Below, one piece after another: positions 9,658 to 19,169 of a stretch of 64,000 bases of DNA. The notes below the pieces were generated by a model. The model did no database searches. It was not told where the DNA came from and was given only the letters and a program-made list of their open reading frames with translations. Source of the stretch: an uncultured Solirubrobacteraceae bacterium (GTDB lineage: Bacteria; Actinomycetota; Thermoleophilia; Solirubrobacterales; Solirubrobacteraceae). The stretch is from positions 93,797 through 157,796 of the forward strand of contig CAVSMP010000015.1 in NCBI GenBank assembly GCA_963729155.1, read 5' to 3'. The position numbers and the translations under genes are program-made. The number at the start of each line of letters is the position of its first letter. Positions within the stretch are counted from its first letter, which is position 1.

Positions 9658-10403
9658 TCGACTCCCACACCCACCTCGACCGAGCGCCGGGCACCGACGC
9701 GGAGCTGGTCGAGGCCGCCCGCGCGGCCGGCCTGCGGCGGATCCTCACCGTCGGCACCGACTCGGCGTCGTGTCGCGCGGCGATCGCCGCGGCCGAGGCG
9801 CACGAGGAGGTCTTCGCCGCCGTCGGCCGCCACCCCAACGACAGCACGGGCTACGACGACGCGGTCACGGACGAGCTGCGCGAGCTCGCCCGCCACCCGA
9901 AGGTGCGCGCGATCGGGGAGACCGGCCTCGACGACTACCGCGACTACGCCCCGCGCCCCGACCAGGAGCGCGCCTTCTCGGCCCACATGGCGCTCGCGCG
10001 CGAGACGGGCAAACCGCTCGTCATCCACACGCGCGCCGCCGAGGACGACACGCTCGCGATGCTCGACGGCGAGGCCCAGGGCGTCGAGGTCATCCTCCAC
10101 TGCTTCTCGATGCCCGACCGCCTCGACGAGTGCCTCGAGCGCGGCTGGTGGATCTCCTTCGCCGGCAACGTCACCTACCCCAAGGCGCAGGACCTCGCGG
10201 AGGCGGCGGAGCGCGTCCCGCTGGACCGCGTGCTCGTCGAGACCGACGCGCCGTACCTCACCCCGCAGGCGCAGCGCAAGCACCGCAACCAGCCGGCCTA
10301 CGTCGTCCACACCGCCCGCTTCGTCGCGGAGCGCCGCGGGATCGCCTACGAGGAGCTCGAGGCGGCCGTGGAGGCCAACGCCGCCCGGCTGTTCGGCTGG
10401 TGA
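9654..10403 (+). CDS. tatD: TatD-family metal-dependent hydrolase/DNase
   Basis: VIDSHTHLD...GETGLDDYR...VIHTR...ILHCFS...ETDAPYL. GTGA overlap with the metG stop. Confidence 0.9.
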   Translation: MIDSHTHLDRAPGTDAELVEAARAAGLRRILTVGTDSASCRAAIAAAEAHEEVFAAVGRHPNDSTGYDDAVTDELRELARHPKVRAIGETGLDDYRDYAPRPDQERAFSAHMALARETGKPLVIHTRAAEDDTLAMLDGEAQGVEVILHCFSMPDRLDECLERGWWISFAGNVTYPKAQDLAEAAERVPLDRVLVETDAPYLTPQAQRKHRNQPAYVVHTARFVAERRGIAYEELEAAVEANAARLFGW

Positions 10404-11215
10404 GCGACCTCCCGGCGCAGCCGAGCCTGCGCCGCATGAAGGCGTTCGGGATCCGCCCGAACCGCGAGCTGGGCCAGAACTTCTTGATCGACTCCAACCT
10501 GCTCGAGGTGGTCTCGCGCGCCGCCGGCGTCGGTGGCGGGGACGTCGTGCTCGAGGTCGGCGGCGGCCTCGGCGTGCTCTCCGAGCACCTCGCCGGGCGC
10601 GCCCGCCACGTGCACGTGGTCGAGCTCGACCAGCGGCTGGAGGCGGCGCTGCGCGACGCCACCGACCCGCATCCGAACGTCACGCTGCACCTCGCGGACG
10701 CGGTCAAGCTCGACCTCACCAGCCTCGACCCGGCGCCGACGAAGGTCGTCGCGAACCTGCCCTACGGCGTCGCCGCGACGGTGATCCTGCGCACGCTCGA
10801 GACCCTGCCCGGCGTGACCACCTGGGTCGCGATGGTGCAGAAGGAGGTCGGCGAGCGCTTCGCCGCCGCACCCGGCTCGGCCGCCTACGGCATCCCGAGC
10901 GTGCTGGCCCAGCTCGCGGCCGACGTGAAGGTGATCCGCCCCGTCTCGCGGAACGTGTTCTTCCCGGTGCCCAACGTCGACTCCGTCCTCCTCCGGCTGC
11001 TGCGCACGGGTCCCGCGCCCGAGCCGGCGCTGCGCGCGCTCGTCCAGCAGGGCTTCGCGCACCGCCGCAAGGCGCTCGCCCGCTCCGTCGCGCTCAAGGG
11101 CGGTGACCGTGACGCGCTGCGCGCCGCGCTGGAGGCGATCGGCAAGCCCGTGGACGCGCGCGCGGAGTCGCTGTCACCCGCCGAGTGGCGCGAGCTGCAC
11201 GCGAGGCTCGCATGA
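10400..11215 (+). CDS. rsmA: 16S rRNA (adenine1518/1519-N6)-dimethyltransferase
   Basis: LGQNFLIDSNLL...VLEVGGGLGVLSEHL...ANLPYGVA. GTGA overlap with the tatD stop. Confidence 0.9.
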   Translation: MSDLPAQPSLRRMKAFGIRPNRELGQNFLIDSNLLEVVSRAAGVGGGDVVLEVGGGLGVLSEHLAGRARHVHVVELDQRLEAALRDATDPHPNVTLHLADAVKLDLTSLDPAPTKVVANLPYGVAATVILRTLETLPGVTTWVAMVQKEVGERFAAAPGSAAYGIPSVLAQLAADVKVIRPVSRNVFFPVPNVDSVLLRLLRTGPAPEPALRALVQQGFAHRRKALARSVALKGGDRDALRAALEAIGKPVDARAESLSPAEWRELHARLA

Positions 11216-12054
11216 GGCTGCGCTGCCTGGCCCCCGGCAAGGTGAACCTCAGCGTCTACGTCGGCGCGCGGCGCGAGGACGGCCTGCACCCGCTCGTCTC
11301 GGTCGTGCAGCCCGTCTCCCTCGCGGACGAGCTGACCCTGGAGCCGGCGCCGGGCGGCCGCGGCGCGGACGAGGTCGTCTGCCCGGCCGTCGAGGGCGAG
11401 AACCTCGCGGGCGCGGCGCTGGCGGCGTTCCGCGCCGCGACGGGCTGGGACGCGCCCCCGCAACGGCTCACGATCCTCAAGCGCGTGCCCGTCGCCGCGG
11501 GCATGGGCGGCGGCTCGGGGGACGCCGCCGCGGCACTGCGGCTCGCCGCCCGAGCCGCCGGCGTCGACGACCCCGCCCTGCTGCTCGAGCTCGCCGCGCG
11601 GCTCGGCGGCGACGTCCCCTCGCAGGTCGCGCCGGGGCGCACGCTGATGACCGCCGCGGGCGAGCGCGTGCGCCCGCTGGGCCCGCCGGACGCTCGCGCC
11701 CTCGTGATCCTGCGCTCGGAGCACGCGCTGTCGACGCCCGCCGTCTACCGCGAGTTCGACCGCCTCGGCGTGCTGCGCTCCCCCGCCGAGCTGACCGAGC
11801 TCGAGGCCCGCGGCGGCGACCTGCCGGTGCACAACGACCTCCAGGACGCCGCGCGCTCGCTCTGCCCACCGATCGACGGCGCGCTGGAGGCGGTCGCGGC
11901 GACGAGGGCCGACCACGTGCTCGTGTCGGGCTCGGGCCCGACGGTGTTCGGGCTCTACGACGACCCGGAGCGCGCCCGCGCGGCGGCCTCGCGCGTCGGC
12001 GGGATCGCCGCCGAGGCCGTCGACGCGACCTACGGGGCGGTGCACGAGGGGTGA
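11212..12054 (+). CDS. ispE: 4-diphosphocytidyl-2-C-methyl-D-erythritol kinase
   Basis: APGKVNLSVYVG...KRVPVAAGMGGGSGDAAAAL (GHMP kinase motif). ATGA overlap with the rsmA stop. Confidence 0.9.
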   Translation: MRLRCLAPGKVNLSVYVGARREDGLHPLVSVVQPVSLADELTLEPAPGGRGADEVVCPAVEGENLAGAALAAFRAATGWDAPPQRLTILKRVPVAAGMGGGSGDAAAALRLAARAAGVDDPALLLELAARLGGDVPSQVAPGRTLMTAAGERVRPLGPPDARALVILRSEHALSTPAVYREFDRLGVLRSPAELTELEARGGDLPVHNDLQDAARSLCPPIDGALEAVAATRADHVLVSGSGPTVFGLYDDPERARAAASRVGGIAAEAVDATYGAVHEG

Positions 12055-13613
12055 AGTGGGGCTGGCTGCTGATCGCGGTGGCGCTGGCGGCCTTCCTGTT
12101 CGTGCGCCGGCGCAAGCTCGGACGGGTCGAGCTCGGGGTCGGGGTGCTCGCCACCGCCGGCGCCGTGCTCGTCGGCGCCGGCGTGATCGACCTGCCGAAC
12201 ATCGAGAAGCTGATCGAGGACGTCGGCACGAGGCTCGGGAGCTGGACGTACCTGCTCGTGGGCACGCTCGCCTTCCTCGAGACGGGCGCCTTCGTCGGCC
12301 TCGTGGCGCCCGGCGAGACGGCGGTGCTGGTCGGCGGGCTCGTCGCCGGCCAGGGCCAGATCGACCTGCTCGTCCTGATCGCGATCGTCTGGACGGCGGC
12401 GGTGGCCGGCGACGTGACCTCCTACACGCTGGGGCGCCGGCTCGGCCGCGCCTGGCTGCTGAGCCACGGCGACCGGCTGAAGATCACCGAGGATCGCCTG
12501 CACCAGGTCGAGCGGTTCTTCGAGAAGCGCGGCGGGCTGACGATCCTGATCGGGCGGTTCATCGGGCTCATCCGAGCTCTCGCCCCGTTCATCGCCGGTA
12601 CGTCGAAGATGCCGCTGCGGCAGTTCCTGCCCTACGACATCATCGGCGCGGGCGCCTGGGCGACGACGTTCTGCGTGCTCGGCTACGTGTTCTGGCAGTC
12701 GTTCGACCGCCTCACGCAGTACGTCTCGCGCGGGCTGTTCGCGTTCGGGACGGTCGTGGCGATCGGCCTCGCGCTGTACTACCTCGTGCGCCTGCGGCGC
12801 GACCCCGAGCTGCGCGCGAAGAGCCGCGCGTGGCTGGAGCGGCGCCAGGACCGCTGGTGGGCCCGCCCGCTGCTCAAGCTCGCGGGGCCCGTGTGGCGGC
12901 GGGTCGGCAGCCCGGCCGCCGGCGGGCTCGACGCCACCGCCCGCTTCGGGCTGCACCGGCTGAGGCCCGGCAACCTCGGGCTCGAGCTGACGACGCTGAT
13001 CGCGATCGCCTTCGTCGGCGTCTTCACCTTCGTCCTGCTCGGCCGCGTGATCGCGGAGCAGGGCGAGCCCCGGCTCGACCGGATGGCCTCCGACGTCGCC
13101 GACCGGGTGCCCTTCGAGCCCCTGACGTCGATCGTGGACGGGTTCACCGACCTCGGCTCCTCGCCGGTGATCGGGCTGCTCCTGCTCGTCACCGCGCTGT
13201 TCGCGCTGCGGCGGCGGCGCTGGATCGAGGCGGCCGCGCTCGTGGCCGGCGCCGGGCTCTCCTACGCGCTCGTGCACATCACGAAGGAGGCCTACGACCG
13301 GCCGCGGCCGGCCGGTCAGCTCGTCGACACGCTCGGCGCCGCCTATCCCTCCGGCCACTCGCTCTACGCCGTCGCGCTGATCGCCTGCGCCACGATCCTC
13401 GTGCGCGCGGGCGTCGGGTGGGCGGTGCGCTCCGCGGTGCTGACCGTCGCCGTCGTGCTCGTGGCGCTCGTCGCGCTGAGCCGCGTCTACCTGCGCGCGC
13501 ACTTCCTCACGGACGTGCTCGGGGGCGTCGCGCTCGGCCTCGCCATCTGGGCGCTGGTCGGGATCGTCGCCCTGTTCGCCGGGACCGTTCGTAACAATGA
13601 TGCCCGACCGTGA
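12051..13613 (+). CDS. bifunctional DedA-family / PAP2-family phosphatase membrane protein
   Basis: The N-terminal half is DedA-like (LAFLETGAFVGLVAPGETAVLVGG...GRFIGLIRALAPFIAG). The C-terminal half has all three PAP2 motifs: KEAYDRPRP, YPSGHS, SRVYLRAHFLTDV. GTGA overlap with the ispE stop. Confidence 0.85.
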   Translation: MKWGWLLIAVALAAFLFVRRRKLGRVELGVGVLATAGAVLVGAGVIDLPNIEKLIEDVGTRLGSWTYLLVGTLAFLETGAFVGLVAPGETAVLVGGLVAGQGQIDLLVLIAIVWTAAVAGDVTSYTLGRRLGRAWLLSHGDRLKITEDRLHQVERFFEKRGGLTILIGRFIGLIRALAPFIAGTSKMPLRQFLPYDIIGAGAWATTFCVLGYVFWQSFDRLTQYVSRGLFAFGTVVAIGLALYYLVRLRRDPELRAKSRAWLERRQDRWWARPLLKLAGPVWRRVGSPAAGGLDATARFGLHRLRPGNLGLELTTLIAIAFVGVFTFVLLGRVIAEQGEPRLDRMASDVADRVPFEPLTSIVDGFTDLGSSPVIGLLLLVTALFALRRRRWIEAAALVAGAGLSYALVHITKEAYDRPRPAGQLVDTLGAAYPSGHSLYAVALIACATILVRAGVGWAVRSAVLTVAVVLVALVALSRVYLRAHFLTDVLGGVALGLAIWALVGIVALFAGTVRNNDARP

Positions 13614-13831
13614 GCAACGACGACCAGATCACCTACGCCGTCGCCGGCGCCGCCGCGATCGTCTCGATCGTCGCCTGGCTCCTGCTGATCGTCATCCCCG
13701 CGTGGGGCTCCTACTGGCGCCTGCGCGAGCGGATCCTCGCCGTCGTGATGAGCGTCTACGTGCTCGCCGCGTTCGTCGGCATGGGCGCGTGCGCCGGCGC
13801 GGTGTTCCTCTACTACTACGACCGCCTCTAA
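13610..13831 (+). CDS. small two-TM membrane protein, hypothetical
   Basis: 73 aa with two hydrophobic helices. GTGA overlap with the preceding stop. Confidence 0.5.
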   Translation: MSNDDQITYAVAGAAAIVSIVAWLLLIVIPAWGSYWRLRERILAVVMSVYVLAAFVGMGACAGAVFLYYYDRL

Positions 13832-13835
13832 GCTC

Positions 13836-15104
13836 TTGGATGTGACCCCGCCGGCCCAGGATGCGGCTGCGGCGGCGGTCGACCTCGGCTCCCTCGCGGC
13901 CATCTCCGACGCGGTCGAGTCCGGCCTCGGGCTGCCGGAGGTCGTCCGCGCCGCCGCGCGCGCGCTCGACGCGTCGCTCGTGCTGATCGACCGCTCGAGC
14001 TCCGTGCTGGCCGTGGCCGCGCGCTCGACCGCGGACGAGCGGGCGCTGATGGCCAACGCGCCCGGCGTCAGCGTCCACGAGCTGCGGGTCGGCGACGCGA
14101 TCGTCGGCCGGCTGCGGCTGCGCGGCCGCACGGGCGACCCGCCGGCGGCCTTCCTGCGCGTTGTCACGACCCTGATCGCCTCCGAGGTCGAGCGCCTGCG
14201 CGCGCCCGACCGCGCGTCGGAGGCCGCCCAGGCGGCGTTCGTGGCCGCGGTCATGCGCCGCAAGGTCACCGACCGCGGCGACATCGTCGCCCGCGGCGGC
14301 GAGCTCGGGCTGGACCTGTCGGGCGGCGGCGCGGTCGTGGTCGTGCGCGCGCACCACTACGCCCCGGCCGACGACGACTGGCGCGGGCGCGTGCTGTCCG
14401 CGGCCGAGCGCGCGGCGCGCTCCAGCGCCCCCGGCTCGCTGGCCGCCCTGCTAGACGCGCCCGCCAGCGACAGCCCGCCGGTCGCGGTGCTCGTGCCCGC
14501 GGGGGAGGAGCCGATCGTCGCGCGGGTCGCGGACGCGATCTCGCGCGAGCTGTCGGCGAGCCTGCACGGCTTCACCTTCGCGGTCGGCCACTCGCGCATC
14601 GCGACGGACCCGGTGGACCTCTACCGCGCCGGCCACGAGGCGCTGCTGGCCGCCAACGTCGCCGAGGCCCGCCCGGCCGAGGACTCCGCCCCGCTCGCGG
14701 TGCTCGCGTTCGAGGACACCGGCGCCTACCGGCTGCTCCTGCCGGCGATGAGCGAGGACCCGGCCGAGCTCCAGCGCTTCTACGAGGAGACCGTGGCGCC
14801 GCTGGTCGCCTACGACGACCAGTACGAGACCGACCTCGTGCAGACGCTCGAGACGTTCCTGGACGCCGACGGCAACGTCGCCGGCACGGCCCAGCGCCTG
14901 TTCACGCACCGCCACACGGTCCGCTACCGGCTCGAGCGCGTGCGCGACCTCACCGGCCTCGACGTCGCCTCCACCGACGGCCGCGAGCGGCTCGGGCTCG
15001 GGCTCAAGGCGATGCGGGTGCTCGGCATCGCCTCACCGCAGGGCCCGGCCACGGAGGCCGGCGCCGGCGGCGGTCGCGTCCGCCGCGAGCAGAAGGACCG
15101 TTAG
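13836..15104 (+). CDS. PucR/CdaR-family transcriptional regulator
   Basis: The C-terminal ETFLDADGNVAGTAQRLFTHRHTVRYRLERVRDLTGLD is the PucR C-terminal HTH. TTG start per the track. Confidence 0.8.
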   Translation: MDVTPPAQDAAAAAVDLGSLAAISDAVESGLGLPEVVRAAARALDASLVLIDRSSSVLAVAARSTADERALMANAPGVSVHELRVGDAIVGRLRLRGRTGDPPAAFLRVVTTLIASEVERLRAPDRASEAAQAAFVAAVMRRKVTDRGDIVARGGELGLDLSGGGAVVVVRAHHYAPADDDWRGRVLSAAERAARSSAPGSLAALLDAPASDSPPVAVLVPAGEEPIVARVADAISRELSASLHGFTFAVGHSRIATDPVDLYRAGHEALLAANVAEARPAEDSAPLAVLAFEDTGAYRLLLPAMSEDPAELQRFYEETVAPLVAYDDQYETDLVQTLETFLDADGNVAGTAQRLFTHRHTVRYRLERVRDLTGLDVASTDGRERLGLGLKAMRVLGIASPQGPATEAGAGGGRVRREQKDR

Positions 15105-16312
15105 AAGATCTCGGGGCACCACGGCACGGCGGCGCTGCGGAACGCCGCCGCGGCCTCGAGCAGCGCACCGTCGCGCAGCTCGCGCACGCGGCCCGCGTCG
15201 GCCAGCGCCCCGATCGGGGTGCCCCCGAGGTAGACCGAGCCGAGCGCCTCCGCGTCGAGCGCGAGGTCGGCAGGGTCCTCCGTGGGCTCGCAGTGGCCGT
15301 CGCGCAAGCGGTGGCGGCCCGAGTTCCACGTGCAGAACGCGTCCTCGAGCTCGAGCACGAGATCGGTCTCCGCCGCGTACTCGCGCGCGGACAGCGCGGC
15401 GTCGACGTCGAGCAGCCGCACGAACAGACCGTCGCCGGCGCGCCGGTTGACCGCGTCGTTCCCCGTCAGCATGTGGGTGAGCGGGTCGTGGTCGGGTGCG
15501 AGGGGCCACTGCAGCGTGCGCACCAGGTCGAGCCCGAGCAGCAGGCGCCACAGCCCCGCCGTAGCTCCCGGCGTCTCCGCGACGAGCTCGCGCACGGTCA
15601 CGCTGCCCGCCGGTCCGTGGTCGTCCCAGGTCAGCTTGGGCGAGAACAGCGCGTAGCCGGCCGGCTCCCCGTCGTCCCCTGGCTGGATCGCCGCGCGCAG
15701 GGGCCCGGCGCCGTCGCGGCGGTGCTCGGGGTCGAAGATGCGGCGGTCCCACCAGGCGCCCCGCCGGTCGAGCATCCCCGGGCGGACTCGCCGGACGCGC
15801 TCGTGCAGCGCCCGCATCCGCTCGAGCGCGGCCGCGGGCTCGAGCGTCTGAACGCGTGGCCCCGGCAGCGGGGCGTCGCGCCGCAGCGTCACGCGGTCGA
15901 GCTGCACGTCGTAGCGCATCGCCCGCGTCGCGAGCCCGAAGCCGAAGCGCCCGTAGATCGCGCCCTCCGAGGCCCACAGACCTGCCACCGGTTCGCCGGC
16001 CTCCCGCCCGTCCTCGAGCAGCCGGCGCATCATCGAAGTCAGGTGCCCGCGCCGGGTGTGCCCGGGCACGACGCCGATCGCCGAGATCCCGGCCATGCGC
16101 ACGACCCCGCCGGGCACCGTCAGCTCGCGCGCGAGGTTCGCGCCGGTGGCCACGATCGCGCCGCCGTCGCGGACCGCGAACGTCCGCTCCGGATCGGTCA
16201 CGCGCTGGTCCATCGCGATGACGTCCGGGTGGGCGACCTCGTGGAAGGCGAGGTGGCAGGCCGCCTCGAACTCGGCCTGGTCGGCGGTGGTGAGACGCTC
16301 GACGTCGCTCAT
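15101..16312 (-). CDS. Eis-like GNAT acetyltransferase (GNAT + SCP2-like C-terminal domain)
   Basis: 403 aa with VVPGHTRRGHLTSMMRRLL...IYGRFGFG. Length and architecture match the Eis/MarP-type family. Confidence 0.75.
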   Translation of the reverse strand: MSDVERLTTADQAEFEAACHLAFHEVAHPDVIAMDQRVTDPERTFAVRDGGAIVATGANLARELTVPGGVVRMAGISAIGVVPGHTRRGHLTSMMRRLLEDGREAGEPVAGLWASEGAIYGRFGFGLATRAMRYDVQLDRVTLRRDAPLPGPRVQTLEPAAALERMRALHERVRRVRPGMLDRRGAWWDRRIFDPEHRRDGAGPLRAAIQPGDDGEPAGYALFSPKLTWDDHGPAGSVTVRELVAETPGATAGLWRLLLGLDLVRTLQWPLAPDHDPLTHMLTGNDAVNRRAGDGLFVRLLDVDAALSAREYAAETDLVLELEDAFCTWNSGRHRLRDGHCEPTEDPADLALDAEALGSVYLGGTPIGALADAGRVRELRDGALLEAAAAFRSAAVPWCPEIF

Positions 16313-16348
16313 CGCGCCGCAACCCTAATACGCATACGCTCCCGCGCC

Positions 16349-17143
16349 ATGACCATCGGCATCATCACGGGATCGGGCACCTACTCCCTGCCGGGGTTCG
16401 AGGGCGGGGGCCCCGAGCCGGTCGCCACGCCGTGGGGAGAGGCGCTCGTCTCCCGCGGCACGTTCGCCGGCACCGACGTGCTGCACGTCTCCCGCCACGA
16501 GGCCGGCCACGCGCGACTCTCCAGCGCCGTCGCGCACCGGGCCAACATCGCGGCGCTCGCCCAGGAGGGCGCGACCGGGGTGCTCGCGGTCACGGTCTGC
16601 GGCGCGGTCGACCCGTCCGTGGCGCTGGGCTCCGTCGTCTGCTTCGACGACCTGCACTTCCTCGCCAACCGGCTGGGGGACGGGGAGCTGTGCACCTTCC
16701 ACCCCGAGCCCGGCGACCCGCGCCGCGGTCACTGGATCTTCGAAGAGCCGTTCTCCGCCGGGCTGCGCCGGGCGCTGCTCGAGGGCGCGGCCGAGGCCGG
16801 GGTGGAGGTGCGCGACGGCGGCTGCTACGGCCACGTCGACGGGCCCCGCTTCAACACCAAGGCCGAGATCCGCGGCCTCGCGGCCTGCGGCGTGACGCAC
16901 GTCTCCCAGACGGGCGGGCCGGAGACGGTCCTGTGCGGGGAGGCCGAGCTGCCCTACGCGCTGCTCGGCTACGCGACGGACTACGCCAACGGCGTCCAGG
17001 ACGAGGCGACGCCGGTGCAGACGCTGCTGGACATGATGGCCGCGAGCACGGAGACGTTCGCCGCCGTGCTGCGCGCGGCCGTGCCGCGCGCGGCGGCCGC
17101 GGAGCCGACGCCCGCTGGCGTCGTGTACCGCTTCGACGACTAG
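16349..17143 (+). CDS. purine nucleoside / 5'-methylthioadenosine phosphorylase family protein
   Basis: MTIGIITGSGTYSLPG...VLHVSRHE...HRANIAAL...GPRFNTKAEIR...VSQTGGPE. ATG 16349 lies inside track ORF 15293..17143. Confidence 0.8.
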   Translation: MTIGIITGSGTYSLPGFEGGGPEPVATPWGEALVSRGTFAGTDVLHVSRHEAGHARLSSAVAHRANIAALAQEGATGVLAVTVCGAVDPSVALGSVVCFDDLHFLANRLGDGELCTFHPEPGDPRRGHWIFEEPFSAGLRRALLEGAAEAGVEVRDGGCYGHVDGPRFNTKAEIRGLAACGVTHVSQTGGPETVLCGEAELPYALLGYATDYANGVQDEATPVQTLLDMMAASTETFAAVLRAAVPRAAAAEPTPAGVVYRFDD

Positions 17144-18886
17144 CTAGCGGCGGACGACCCGTACCCGGGTCGCGGCGCGGCCGGAGATCCGCAGGTCGCG
17201 GTCGCGGAACGCGCGCGCGCTGCCGGAGCCGGTGCGCACGCGGACGCCGTCGTAGCGGCGCAGTGAGCGGATGCGGTTCGCGAGCGCGCGCAGGTTGCGC
17301 GGGCCGGCGTCGCCGGCCCCGTCGTCGGCGCCGTCGATGATGATCGCGCCCAGCAGGCCGTCGTCGGCGACGTCGACGTCGGCGCCCGTGAAGCGCAGGG
17401 TGCGCACGCCGCGGCGCAGGCCCGTCGGGATCCGCATCCGGTAGGAGCGCCGGATCGTGCCGCCGCGCACGCGCCGCATGGTGACGCGGGCGCGGACCTT
17501 CTGGCCCGGCCGCACGCGCCGGGGCAGCTTCACGGAGCGCAGGAACGCGCGCTGCTCGCCTCGCCGCAGGTCCATCCGCACCGCGACCTCGTCGATCTGC
17601 GGCGGAGTGCCCTGGTAGGCATCGATCTCCGCCAGCGCGTCGAAGACGTCCTGCGAGGCGCGGGCGGCGACGGTGTTGGCGGTCCCGACGAAGTCCTCGT
17701 CGGCGGGGAACGCCGACACATAGCGGTTGCAGAAGCGCGCGGGATCGGAGAGCCCGCGGATCGAGATCTGCGCGCACACGTCGGCGGTCAGGCGGCCGGG
17801 AGCGCTGCGCAGCAGGGAGGCGGCGGCCTCCGTGACGGCCAGCGGGCCGACGAACGCGAGCGGCGAGGCGCCCTCGGGCAGCCCGATCCGGCTCTCGTCG
17901 GCCGCGCGGATGCCCGTGACGAGCCGGCGGCCGGTGTCGCGGTCGGTGGCGAACACGCGGATCGGCACGCTCGGCGGGAGCGCGCCGGTGCGCCCGGCGA
18001 CGGCGTCGCGCTCGTCGTTGGTGATGGTCCCGAGCGTGTGCCCGAGCGACGCGTACTTGTAGGTGGAGGCGGCGCCCGGGATCGCGACGGGGTTGTCGAT
18101 CACGCGGTAGACGTAGGCGTCCTGGAGGAAGAGCCGGCGCGTGCCGGCGCTCTCGAAGGGATGGCCGAAGGCCCACACGCGATCCTCGTCGGTGTAGGCC
18201 ACGGTGCCGATCGCGCCGATCTGGATGTCCCCCTGCGAGTAGGAGACGCCGACGGAGGCGCCGGGGCGCATCGGCTGCGGCGCGAAGGTGCCGAGCGGGC
18301 CCGCGGGGGCCGCGATCACCTGGCGGCCGGCGCGGCGGCCCGCGCGCTCGAGAGCGCGTCCCATCGCCGTGCTGACGCCCGAGACGGTGAGCGGGGTGGC
18401 GAGCGGCCGGGCGCGGGAGCGGATCGCGCGGTGGCGGCGATTCCGGCTCGCTGACGCGGGCTCGCCGCGGCTGGCGGGGGCGTCGATCTGGGCGCCGAGG
18501 ACCGCCTCGATCGGCGTCGCGAGCACGACGTCGCCGCCGAACTCCCCGAGCGACTCGGAGATCGCGCCGGCGTTGCGGGCGGTGCCCTGCTCGTCCTGGC
18601 AGTAGATCGGCGAGCCCGAGAAGCCGGGCCCCACGCCCGTTCCGTCGACCGCGGGCCCGGACACGCGGACGAGCAGCCGCGGGCCCTGGCCGCTGGCGTC
18701 GCCGTCGATGACCTCGAGGATCTCCACGTCGAACGAGGAGATCTCCGTGCCGCGCACGACGGAGTACCCCATGCACTGCATGCCCGAGCGGACCTGCGAG
18801 AGGGGCATGATCGGGTCGCCGGCAGCTGCGGGGGTCGCCGGCAGCAGCACGGCGGCGATCGTCAGGGCGATCAGGCGCGCGCGCAT
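17144..18886 (-). CDS. secreted SpoIVB-like (peptidase S55) domain protein
   Basis: Signal peptide MRARLIALTIAAVLLPATPAAA, then GFSGSPIY, a SpoIVB-type serine motif. Start moved to ATG 18886. Confidence 0.65.
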   Translation of the reverse strand: MRARLIALTIAAVLLPATPAAAGDPIMPLSQVRSGMQCMGYSVVRGTEISSFDVEILEVIDGDASGQGPRLLVRVSGPAVDGTGVGPGFSGSPIYCQDEQGTARNAGAISESLGEFGGDVVLATPIEAVLGAQIDAPASRGEPASASRNRRHRAIRSRARPLATPLTVSGVSTAMGRALERAGRRAGRQVIAAPAGPLGTFAPQPMRPGASVGVSYSQGDIQIGAIGTVAYTDEDRVWAFGHPFESAGTRRLFLQDAYVYRVIDNPVAIPGAASTYKYASLGHTLGTITNDERDAVAGRTGALPPSVPIRVFATDRDTGRRLVTGIRAADESRIGLPEGASPLAFVGPLAVTEAAASLLRSAPGRLTADVCAQISIRGLSDPARFCNRYVSAFPADEDFVGTANTVAARASQDVFDALAEIDAYQGTPPQIDEVAVRMDLRRGEQRAFLRSVKLPRRVRPGQKVRARVTMRRVRGGTIRRSYRMRIPTGLRRGVRTLRFTGADVDVADDGLLGAIIIDGADDGAGDAGPRNLRALANRIRSLRRYDGVRVRTGSGSARAFRDRDLRISGRAATRVRVVRR

Positions 18887-19061
18887 GGAGCGGGCAATGT
18901 AACGACGCCCGAGGGCCGTCACCGGGCTATCTCCCGGCGAAATGACCATTGAGGTAGGAACTTCCCCTGCACTCACTTACGATCGGCAGATCGAGCTCCG
19001 GCGTTGAACGTCGTGGCCAGGCGAGCACCCCACCGGCGTGAGCTCGTGGCAACGGGCGGAG

Positions 19062-19133
19062 CTGGGGAGCCCGGACTTGAACCGGGACCTCACGGCTCCA
19101 AAGGCCGGCGGGCTGCCATTACACCACTCCCCA
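19062..19133 (-). tRNA. tRNA-Gln (anticodon TTG)
   Basis: The reverse complement TGGGGAGTGGTGTAATGGCAGCCCGCCGGCCTTTGGAGCCGTGAGGTCCCGGTTCAAGTCCGGGCTCCCCAG folds by hand. Acceptor is TGGGGAG/CTCCCCA, T-arm CCCGG-TTCAAGT-CCGGG, anticodon loop CTTTGGA. There is one D-stem mismatch and no encoded CCA. Confidence 0.85.
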
Positions 19134-19169
19134 AGGCTGTCGTCTCGCGGCCGATACTACGATGCCCCC

